From Squalus acanthias (Eukaryota), in NCBI GenBank assembly GCA_030390025.1, contig CM059447.1:15810001-15874000 (forward strand): a DNA stretch of 64,000 nt, given 5' to 3'. Below, piece by piece: positions 53,662 to 64,000 of the stretch. The position numbers and the translations under genes were made by a program. Under the pieces are notes generated by a model that saw only the letters and a list, made by a program, of their open reading frames with translations, did not search any database and was not told the DNA's origin. Positions within the stretch are counted from its first letter, which is position 1. Every line of letters begins with the position of its first letter.

Positions 53662-54344
53662 CCGACAGCTTTGTTATTGTGTAATAGCCCAATCAGTTTA
53701 AAGTATCATCACAAATCTTACTTTAGCTGAAATAGAATTTTCAGTTAGAATCTGCATTGTATTATAATAACTAGAACTTCCAACATCATAATACACAGTA
53801 AACCACAATATTTCACAAATTAGTTCTTGCTGTCCCATAACTTATCAGTTAAGTGCACCCTTGCACTTTCGATTATGTGATGCAAATAGAATATCGTTGT
53901 TAGTGTAAAACCAGATGGGCAAAATCCCTGAATTTCAGAGATTTTGGCATTCCCTCCATTAGGAATTCATGACAATTTAAGATAATATGTTTTCTCCTTT
54001 TCTCATCAAATGTTCTCCTTTTCCCTCCTTGAAGGTGTTGACTACTTGGTGGCGTAGAGTCCCGCAGACACTGAGCACCATCTGGGAGCTCATCCAAGTG
54101 TCCGTTATTTATGTGTGAGTCATGATAGTGAGTGTTGACAGGCTATTCAACATTATAGCCAAGCACAATTCTGACCTCACGCACACACTTCCAACACGTG
54201 TCACTGAATAGGAAGTATCAGCAGGAACTGTGGCTGACTTTTCCCTTTTTTTTAATTTAGGCGTGTTGAGGCCAATGGTAGGGCCCCTACCACCACCCTG
54301 GCTCAGATCATCTAACACCAGAGATCAATCCTGGAATCTCTGAA

Positions 54345-54590
54345 AAGCTTTTTGGGTGAGACGTTAAAGCGAGGCACTGTCAGCATGTTCAGGTGGACGT
54401 AAAAAATTCCCGACAAATAGTTTTCCGGACAATATTCATCCCTTAACCATCACCACCCAAAACAGACTATCTGGTCATTCAACCATTCGCTGTTTGTGGA
54501 ACCTTGCTGTGTGTCAGTGACGGCACTTCAAAACTAATTCATTGGTTGTAATCTGTTTTGGGATGTCTTGAGGACATGATCTGGTGCTAT
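54345..54590 (+). mobile_element. SINE core/tail fragment
   Basis: Homologous to 51075-51354. Confidence 0.65.
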
Positions 54591-54891
54591 GTCAACAATG
54601 TTCTGCATAGCTCAGCTACTCACTGGATAAGCTTCCTGAACAATTAAATCAATTTTTATTTTGGAATTCCATTTAAAATCTGGATATTCAAAAATCATAA
54701 TCTTTTGCCATCACCCAAGTTCTTCCATTGAAATAACTCTTTTGGGGTGGGATTGGATTTTCCAACCATAGAAACAATCAAAGCAAAAGATTAAATACAG
54801 TTGGGAAGAAACTAAAAATGACTATTTGAAAAGCCATTATGCAGACAGTGATATCGAAACAGAGCAGAGATGTGCAAGTTAAAGCAATTAC

Positions 54892-55758
54892 CTTGACAGG
54901 TGCCATCACAGTTTTGTCGCTGCTGTTCGAGTTCAGCCAGTTCACTCAGCAGAGCTATTCCATGCATCCCTGAGCAGGGGTAAAAGGTCGAGGTTGTAGG
55001 GTGTGAAGGTGGTTTGGGGGCGCTGGGAACCTCAGGCTCTAAAACAAGGAGCTCTCCCATGCTGAGGCCAGCTGCCACCAGGGCATTCATCCCTGCCATG
55101 CAGTCCAACCGCCACTTGAACACTTCATCCCTCTCTGAGGCATCATGGCTAATTTCTGAATCCTCATCTTGATTCACTTGTTTGGCTTCCTCAACAATAT
55201 TGCATTCCTGGTTTAAGTTAGTCTCAGCTATCGAACCCAAGTGATCAGAGTTCCTAACATCCAATGCTTCATTGGTTAAAGTGGTGGACTCACTGGTTGT
55301 GTGAGGTGACTCCGTCACTGAAATTTCTTGTCCTCCTTCTTCTCCTGTAAGTCCTCCATCAGTGACAATTCCCTGAGAAGCAATCAAATGCCTTGAGCAT
55401 TCCATGTTTTCTTTCATAGACGACTCAGGTTGCTCCACAGTTGAATTCTCTGCTGGCAATGCATTTACTGTCTCCTTTTCTTCTGAGGTGCAGAGAACCT
55501 TGTGTGTATTTTGCTCCACAACATCCAGGTCGTTCGTTGCGATCTGTTTGTCGGTGGGGTTTGCCTCCTCCACCATGTTTGACCGAGTATCACAGTGAAT
55601 TTTCGCACCAGGCGTAAAGGTTCTGGACTGCTCTGGTTCAGCCGCCGTGGTGACGGGTTGCATAGTTTCAGGGTCTGCGGGATCAGCAGAGTGCACAAGT
55701 GGAGTCGGGGAACTGTAGCCCATGGTGACGGCTGTGTATGTGTAGCCAGGTGGAAGAT
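54892..55758 (-). CDS. BAHCC1: BAHCC1 large coding exon, phase 1-1
   Basis: ctgttccag acceptor, AAG|gtaatt donor. 867 nt open; DLPPGY...VHSADPADPETMQ...GMNALVAA...SGMHGIALLSELAEL. Confidence 0.9.
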
Positions 55759-57752
55759 CTGGAACAGAGAGTGAGAAGGAACATGTTTTATCCAACACAA
55801 CTATCACTAACCCCCATAGTTCACCAGAATTTGAGAATATTCAACGTGGCTTTACCAGCAGAGATAGTTTTCTAAAGATCTAGACTTCCTTTTTAACACA
55901 ATGGGGCCAATTCCATTTAAATTGCTCAGGTCTTTCTGGTATCTAACTCTACATGGCGGTTTTTTAGGTGCATGATCCTGTTCTGCAAAACAGGAAGTGT
56001 GACCTGTAGGGCCTATAGCTCAATGCAGTTGCTGTGTTAAGTCCATTTTAATTTATTCTTCTTTTCACTCTGATAAATTGAACATGCTTGAATGCATGAA
56101 TCATCACTTATAGTGACTGTAATCATAACGCCATGATGCTCACACTCCAGCAACGGTTGAAACCGCAACAGAAAATCTTTTATGTTCAGGTGTCTTGTGT
56201 TCACAAACTGCTGCAAAAATGTGAGAATTTTTTTTAACTGATCAAAAAACATACTGCAGTGGAAACAGGAGCAAGTGGTTGGGCTACACTTGAAAACTTT
56301 GGGCAAGGTTATCAATTTGTTTAGAAGGGTGAAAGGGTTAAGCCTTGCCGCTGCAACGCCCTGCACCCTGAACTGATGATCTCCCTGACGTCCAATTGTA
56401 CAGCTGAGCTCAAGCAACAAAACAAATGTTATTACTCTGTCTTCCCCAAGAACTCTGAAGGTGCCCCTGACTTTATCCTGGTTGGCAGCATCCTGACTAC
56501 CTTGTCACCAACTGAGTGTAATTAATGGTATCCATCCGCCTCTTTGACACAACCACCAGATGAATATGTAGCCTTCCACCAAAGTGCTTCCTTCCCAAGG
56601 ACTGCTGAAGGGTAAAAAGGTTTCTATCTCCCAGGCCGCTCAGGTTTTTTCCTCCTTTTCTCTCCAACATTAAACAAAAGAATTTCAGCAGCTGCATATC
56701 ATCTAACCTTGAAAATTAGAAGGAAATATATTGGATTTTAGTGTCTTGTGTGTTTGTTAGACATAATAGCTGGGCATTAGGGTGCCTGTAAGGCACTTTC
56801 AACTGATTTTTATTTGACAAGTTGTAAGATTTAAGCATCATATCAAGTACTTTGAGATTAAATAAAAGAACGAGGGATGTCTATAAAGTATTTTCCTTTT
56901 AAGATTATTTCTCATTTCTTTCCTCCCGCGAAGTCGGACAATTTGAGTCATGGACTTTTCCACACGCGTGGGGTTGAGTACGTTATTGTCACAAAGTGCT
57001 TCATCTAATCATCCAGGTGAAAACTGTCAGATCTCATGTGCCGAAACCTGGTGAGTTTAACACCCTGTTCGGAGTGGCAAACTGTGTTTTGTTTATCGGA
57101 TCGTCTACGCAATGGCTAGTAGTGACTCAAAACTGTCTGTTTATCAATATTCTCCTGGTAGTGTCCACAAAATGTAAATGTATAAATGCCCAGCGAATAG
57201 ACTTTACTTGTTGATAGAATATCCCTATCAGCAGTAATGTTGGACCGTTGCTTTTTCTGCACTTTCCCCAAGGTTTTATTATTTGCATTAGTTTCTGCCA
57301 ATTATTGCCAGAACGCACAACTAGAGCGTTGCCTCTGATAAAAAGGAGACAGTCCAAGCTGGATAAACTGCAAGAGGCACACAGTCTGTATTCATTTGCC
57401 ATTGATTTATTGATCAATCTTTATACCAGTCTCTCGACAGTCTTCTTCCAGCCATTGGTAGTTCTACTGCCGGAAAGGAGAAAATAGAGTGGAGCATTTG
57501 TTGGATCACAGATTCATAAACCTTTACACCAGCCGTGCTCTTTCATTCTAGGAAATATCAAGAAATCTATCTTTTTTATAGTACAGTATGTCCTAACCCA
57601 CTGGTCATTAGGCCACTGCTCCACTGAAATATCTGCATTATAGGTGATGCTGTCAGATTTTGAAGTACCAGGACTCTCAATAACTGGAGCATTTCAAAGC
57701 TGTGCAAGACATTCATACTTTATTTGTGCTGTTGATATAATTATGTTCGTAC

Positions 57753-58128
57753 CTGGCTCAAAGGATTCTGGATAATGTTGAGGTGGCTGTCCTTCTACTC
57801 GCTTTTCAGCTGTTTGATTTCCTGTGGAATTCTGGGAAGAAGGAGGGCTGACTGCTGAGGACTGTGGGACAATGGCAGGACCAGAAGAAGGACAAGAAGG
57901 TAAAGGACATACAGCAGTGGGCTGGGGGGTGGGGCACCCTGACTTGGGTCTTAGAGAAGGAGAATGGTGGCATGGTGAGAGTTTGGCAGAACACATGCCA
58001 GATGGCAGTATGACAGGTGAAGAAAGACTCTTGGGAGAGTTTAAGGCAACTGTTTTGTGTGATCTCCTATTCCTCTCTAGAGTATGTTCCTCTGCTTCTA
58101 TCCGACGCTCCTCTGCCTTCCGATGATC
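57753..58128 (-). CDS. BAHCC1: BAHCC1 coding exon (Pro/Ser-rich), phase 0-1
   Basis: tctcttcctcag acceptor, CAG|gtacga donor. DHRKAEERRIEAEEH...SHKTVALN...KLSPCHH...EKRVEGQ...SFEP parallels RKPEDQHLDLEE...STHKPVALT...KLPPCCH...TSEP. Confidence 0.85.
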
Positions 58129-58250
58129 CTGAGGAAGAGAGAGAATTCAGGTGGTCAACTGAGATTGTTAATGTCAAAGAGTCAAGCGTGTTTCCTTCCA
58201 TTTTCCTACAAGTATGTTAGAGCACATCAAATCTAAACATTAGACTACGT

Positions 58251-58380
58251 GTGAAGAGGAGTAGGCCAGTCAGCAGCCTCGAGCCTGTTCCGCCATTCAA
58301 TTAGATCATGGCTGATCTGTATTTTAACCCCATCTACCCGTCTTGGTTCCGTAGCCCTTAATAACCTTGTCTAACAAAAA
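58251..58380 (-). mobile_element. CR1 3' UTR fragment
   Basis: ggagtaggcc...ctcgagcctgttccgccattcaattagatcatggctgatctg. Confidence 0.7.
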
Positions 58381-58451
58381 TAGGTTAACTCTTAAACAGG
58401 TAACAGAAAGACAGCTATCCAACTCAAATAGAGCTCTACTTTATCAATGAA

Positions 58452-59145
58452 ATAAGAACATAAGAACATAAGAAATAGGAGCAGGAGTAGGCCAATCGGC
58501 CCCTCGAGCCTGCTCCGCCATTCAATAAGATCATGGCTGATCTGATCCTAACCGCCAATCTACTATCTATCACAGAACCATCTCCTGCATCTAACAGAAT
58601 TGCACACACAAAATAGGAGCAGAATCAGGCTACACAGTCCCTGGGCCCGCTCCACTACCCACAGGGCCATGACCGATCCGAACCTAGACTCATGTCCAAA
58701 TTCCTGCCCGCTCCCCGTAACCCTTAATGCCCTTTACTTCTAGGAAACTGTCTATTTCTGTTTTAAATTTAATTAATGTTGTAGCTTCTACAGCTTTTTG
58801 TGGCAGCATATTCCATGGACCTACCACCCTCTGAGTGAAGTAGTTCCTCCTCATCTCAGTTTTGAAAGAGCAGCCCCTTATTCTAAGACTATGTCCCCTA
58901 GTTCTCGTCTCACCCGTCATCGGGAACATCCTCCCCGCATCCACCCGATCCAACCCCTTCACAATCTTATATGTTTCAATAAGATCGCCTCTCATTCTTC
59001 TGAACTCCAATGAGTAGAGTCCCAATCTACCCAACCTCTCCTCATATGACCACCCCCTCATCCCCGGGATTAACCGAGTGAACCTTTTTTGCACTGCCTC
59101 GAGAGCAAGGATGTCTTTCCTTAAGTAAGGACACCAAAACTGCAT
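58452..59145 (-). mobile_element. CR1/HER1-type LINE 3' fragment with duplicated 3' UTR module
   Basis: Uninterrupted 151-aa ORF QFWCPYLRKDILALEAVQKRFTRLIPG...; (ttcttatg)n tail. Confidence 0.9.
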
Positions 59146-59566
59146 TTATGATTTAAGTTTACAAGCTCCAAAGGGGACGCTCACCTCCAATTTGATAGTG
59201 TCTTCTCAAAACTTCCTCTCGTACTCTGGAACTCCCAAGGCACCACTCAATTACTGTAGTTTGGTAGCACGGGAGGGAGCTGAGAGAAGACAGACACTAT
59301 CAAATCAGAGGTGTGAACCTCCAGCTGAGATGAGAGCCACGTTAACAATCATTGCTTTCCACTTCGGGTAAAATATCCGAGGACTCTTTTGGGTCATCAG
59401 AATATTTATTCAGAATAAATTTGCGGCTACAAAAGGAGAGTCGCTCCTCATGGGGGAACCAGTCCAGCAGAGTGTGGGGTGCTGTGAAAAATGTGGGGAT
59501 CCAGGGAATGGAGGGCAAAATATAAATTGTCCAAAAAAAAAAAGAAAGCTAGGCAAACAAAATTCA

Positions 59567-59842
<276 letters not shown>

Positions 59843-60329
59843 TTACATTTAGATAATATCAAGGCAGTATCTTCCGCATGCAAAGGCACCCTGTTGTTCC
59901 GACATATTACAGCATTCGTTTTGAGATCGTTTTACATTACAATCAATGAAGAAATTATCGAACTAGACAACTTAATTTAGAAACCAACTTAGTTCCTGTT
60001 AAAATTGAATGATTTGATACAAAAAATTACCAAAAAAAGGCTCAGCTTCAGAACCAAATACAGAGTCTGTCTCACTCTAGTACCCAGTAGACATCATCAG
60101 TCATGCTGCATGGGGAGCATGTCAGAATTCTTGACATTCATATCACAGCAGAGTTTTTAATGACCTTGTCTTGAATGGTGAGACAATTGGGGAAATTTCA
60201 ATGGTGAATTATAGCACATCTTCCTACTTTTGCACCTAGTTGCAGCCAATGCCCACTCCCAGATTAATTATAGCATGTGTTAGATGTAGCATTCACACAA
60301 CACTGGTCAAACAATGCACATTATACCCA

Positions 60330-63300
60330 TCCTTTGAAAAATCTGGCATTGTATGCTTCTGAATAGTTTATCATCATATGGCCTCCAACCAGAACTATGT
60401 AGTGACTTCTTCTCTTCTTAGGCAGTCCCTCGGAACCGAGGATGACATGCTTCCACATTAAAAATGAGTTCTCAGGTGACTGAGGAGTCCAATGTGGGAC
60501 CGACAGTCTCTGTCACAGGTGGGCAGACGGTGGTTGAATGGGTGGGTGGGGTGCTTGGGTTGACGTGCGCTGTTTGCGCTTGGCTTCCGCTTGCTCCCAG
60601 CGAAGAGACTCAAGGTATTCGGCGCCTTCCCAGATGCTTCTCCTCCACTTTGTGCGGTCTTGGGCCAGGGATTCCCAGGTGTCGGTGGGAATGTTACACT
60701 TTTTCAAGGAGGCTTTGAGGGTGTCCTTGAAGCGTTTCTTCTGCCCACCTGGGGCTCTCCCTGCGGTGTCGGAGCTCCGAGTAGAGCGCTTGTTTTGGGA
60801 GTCTCGTATCGGGCACGCGGACAATGTGGCCCGTCCATCGGAGCTGATCGAGCGTGGTCAAAGCATCAATGCTGGGGATGTTGGCCTGAGCGAGTACACG
60901 GATGTTGGTGTGCCTATCCTGCCAATGGAATTGCAGGATCTTGCGGAGGCAGCGTTGGTGCTACCTCTCCAGTGCTTTGAGGTGCCTGCTGTCCATGGTC
61001 CATGTCTCTGAGGCATACAGGTGGGCGGGTATTACTACTGCTCTGTAGACCATGAGCTTGGTACCGGGTTTGAGGTCCTGGTCTTCAAACACTCTCTTCC
61101 TCAGGCGACTGAAGGCTGCACTGGCACACTGAAGGCGGTGTTGGACTTCGTCATCGACGTCTGCCCTTGTTGGCAGTAGGCTCCCGAGGTATGGAAAGTG
61201 GTCCACGTTGTCCAAGGCCTTGTCGTGGATTTTGATAATCGGGGGGCAGTACTGAGTGGCGGGGGCAGGTTGGTAGAGGACCTTTGTCTTACGGATATTT
61301 AGTGTAAGGCCCATGCTCTCGTACGCTTCGGTGAAGGTGTTAACGATGGTTTGGAGTTCGACCTCCGAGTGTGCGCAGACGCAAGCGTCATCTGCATAAT
61401 GTAATTCGACGACAGAGGATGGGACGACCTTGGATCTGGACTGGAGGCGACGGAGGTTGAACAGTTTCCCGTTTGTTCTGTAAATTAGCTCCACTCCAGC
61501 AGGGAGCTTACTGAGAGTGAGATGGAGCATTGCAGCAAGGAAGATCGAGGAGAGCGTTGGTACGATGACACAGCCTTGCTTGACCCCGGTCCGTACGTGA
61601 ATTGAGTCTGTGGTGGAACTGTTGGTCAGGATCATGGCTTGCATGTCGTCGTGAAGCAGGCAGAGGATGGTGACAAACTTTTGAGGGCAGCCGAATTTGA
61701 GGAGGACACTCCATAATCTCTCACGGTTGACGGTGTCAAAGGCCTTTGTGAGGTCAAAGGCGGCCATGTACAGCGGTTGGTGCTGTTCCCTGCATTTCTC
61801 TTGTAATTGACGTGCGGTGAAGATCATGTCCATTGTGCCCCTTAGTGGGCAGAATCCGCATTGCGACTCTGGGAGGAGCTCTTCAGCCACTGGGAGAAGG
61901 CGATTGAGGAGGTTTCTTGCGATGACTTTCCCTGTGGCAGACAGCAGGGAAACTCCTCTGTAATTACCGCAATCAGACTGGTCACCTTTCTTGAAGATGG
62001 TCACAATTACGGCATCTCTGAGATCCCCTGGCATGCTCTCCTCCTTCCATATAAGAGAAATGAGTTCATGAATTCGCGCCAGTAGTGCTTCTCCATCATG
62101 CTTTAGTGCCTCGGCATGGATTCCATCTGCTCCTGAGGCCTTGTTGTTCTTCAGTTGTCGGATGGCCTTTTCAACCTCATGCCGGGCTGGGGTTGTGCTG
62201 AGATGGTGGCGGGTAACATGCAGCGGGATGGAGTTGAGGACACTCGCGTCGAAGACAGAGTCTCGGTTAAGGAGATCTTCGAAGTGCTCCTTCCAGTGGG
62301 CACTGACTGCTCTCTGTCCTTGATGAGTACCTCTCCGTTCTTGGCCCACAGTGGGGTAGGACCTTGGGTGCTTGGGCTGTAGGTGGTCTTGACTGCGCTA
62401 AAGAATCCAAGCACGTCGTGGTTGTCGGCTAGCTGCTGGATCTCCTGTGCTTTCTCCACCCACCATCTGTTCTTTAGGTCGCGAGTTTTTTGTTGGACCT
62501 CAGCCTTCAGGCGTCTGTAGAGCTGCTTTCTTGCTCTCGAGTCCTGTTGCGGTTTCCAGATCAGGAATGCCTTGCGCTTGTGGCTTATTAGCTCCTGGAT
62601 CTCCTGGTCATTCTCATTGAACCAGTCTTGGTGTTTCCTGGTTGAGTGACCGAGTGTCTCTTCACAGGTGCTGATTATGGAGGCCTTGAGTGCAGACCAG
62701 GCGCTGTGGACACTCTGTGTCTCTGCATCACTGGGAGTCGTCAGGTTGTTTGTGAGGCGCAGGCTGAATAGGGTTTTCTTAGCGGGGTCTTTGAGTGCTC
62801 CAGCGTTGATTTTCCTGCGGCATTGTTTCTGTTGCCGTCGCTGTTTTGGGGCTACATTGATGGAGATGACAGAGCGGATTAGGCGGTGGTCTGTCCAGCA
62901 GTCGTCAGCTCCTGTCATGGCGTGGGTGATGCGGACGTCCTTGCGGTCCCTCGCTCGGACGATGACGTAGTCCAGCAGATGCCAGTGCTTGGAGCGAGGG
63001 TGCTGCCATGAAGCCTTGTACTTGTCTCTCTGACAGAACAAGGTGTTGGTTATGACAAGGCCATGTTCTAAGCATTTCGTCAGGAGGAGGGTACCGTTGG
63101 GAGGCATCATATGGCCTCCAACCAGAACTATGTAACGACTATATCTAGTTTTCTCTCAACTTGTTCTATCTTTGCTGCTCATCTTTGATTTTGTTCCCAT
63201 TAACTCAGGAGTCCCCAACACTCGGTCTTCTCTCTCAATCTGTTCCTTCTTCACTAATCATTCAACCCTATCCAGATTTCTGCTGATGCTTCCACTTTAC

Positions 63301-63975
63301 ATTCATCAACTTCCTTCAGATCATACACCCTTAGTGCTCACCACCTCCAAATCTCTTGCAGTGCAAATACTAATCCACTACATCTAGATCTCCTGCCATC
63401 CTTCAATGGGCAATGAAAATCTGGTTTCTTTCAATTCTACAAAGTCAGGTTCTTCAGGTATCCCTCAAGTTGAACCAAGAGCTGCGACCTCTTATATTTG
63501 ATGACTCCATGCTAGTCCTTCTTCATCTATCAACATTCTTGGTCTCATTATCCACTCTACCCTCAAATGGAACTCCCACATTCCCTCCATTGCTAAAGCT
63601 TCCTCCAAGAAGCTTGGTTTTGGCTTTCCTATCAAAAATCGAAGACAAGACAAAGAAGCTTATTATCTGAGACAATCTCTCCCTTATTCATGGCCTCTAG
63701 TTTTTGTTCTCTTTGTTGCACCATTTCTCTCTACGTTCTCAACATTACTATGGTCAGTGTACTTCTGGACTTTTCTTCCTTGTTTCTTCTAAATTGCAAA
63801 TATGTTGCCCGACATGTTGTTCTGCTTCTCTACAACCCCACTGAGTTGAAATCACATTGCACATGCTCTAACTTATTTTTTCCACAGGGCCTGAAAGTTG
63901 TGGAACTCTTGATCTCCCTCAGTCTTTCCCTTCTCCTGCAATCTTCAGGCTGTTAAAACCCAGGTTTAGAGCCAC
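60330..63975 (+). mobile_element. Old CR1/Jockey-group LINE RT remnant, interrupted by the RTE insertion
   Basis: Hand translation across frameshifts: FE.IWHCMLLNSLSSYGL | ISSFLS, PINSGVP, SADASTL, ILGLIIHSTLKWNSHIPSIAKASSKKLGF, YYGQCTS, KLWNS..PSVFP. Confidence 0.7.
60408..63104 (-). mobile_element. RTE-clade LINE, 5'-truncated, inactive, 36-bp TSD
   Basis: APE C-terminus (SWQHPRSKHWHLLDYVIVR) and RT (FDLTKAFDTV, GVKQGCV, HYADD). Frameshift near 62310, stop at 60961. TSD at 60372-60407 and 63105-63140. Confidence 0.93.
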
Positions 63976-64000
63976 CCAATCACTACTTATGAATTTACCT

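Noticed and set aside
55987-55999. Isolated FOX:ETS-like motif aaacaggaagt (also ~19637-19648, minus)
   Set aside because: A single short motif is expected by chance in 64 kb.
56501-56604. Possible extra BAHCC1 exon (ccttcag acceptor, AAG|gtagtc donor)
   Set aside because: In-frame TAA, weak donor, no homology; the flanking exons already join in phase.
60961-63110. RT and endonuclease ORFs as an active or domesticated gene
   Set aside because: 5'-truncated, frameshifted, with a premature stop and a TSD; an ordinary dead copy.

Overview
Vertebrate genomic DNA. The repeat complement (SacSINE1/DeuSINE-like SINEs, HER1/CR1-type LINEs, hammerhead-bearing Penelope termini) suggests a cartilaginous fish; this is inference. 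The whole window lies inside one large minus-strand gene, a BAHCC1 orthologue (paralogue TNRC18 is less likely). I traced 16 consecutive GT-AG exons from 59817 down to 4860, totalling 3687 nt, with consistent phases and no stop. They encode the Q-rich segment, coiled coil, AT-hook, K-rich regions and the start of the tandem Tudor domain. The N-terminus and the BAH domain lie outside the window. Introns hold two copies of one RTE-clade LINE, many CR1 and L2 3' fragments, tRNA-derived SINEs, Harbinger-like MITEs, Penelope-derived termini with minimal hammerhead motifs, minisatellites and a 500-N gap. The most notable observations are a TSD-flanked palindromic double-hammerhead mini-element, a twin-priming-type 5' inversion in an RTE LINE, a frame-preserving candidate cassette exon, and an inverted RTE pair bracketing an in-frame exon block. 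I found no evidence of a wholly new multi-gene system. All family assignments come from recalled sequence features, not database searches.
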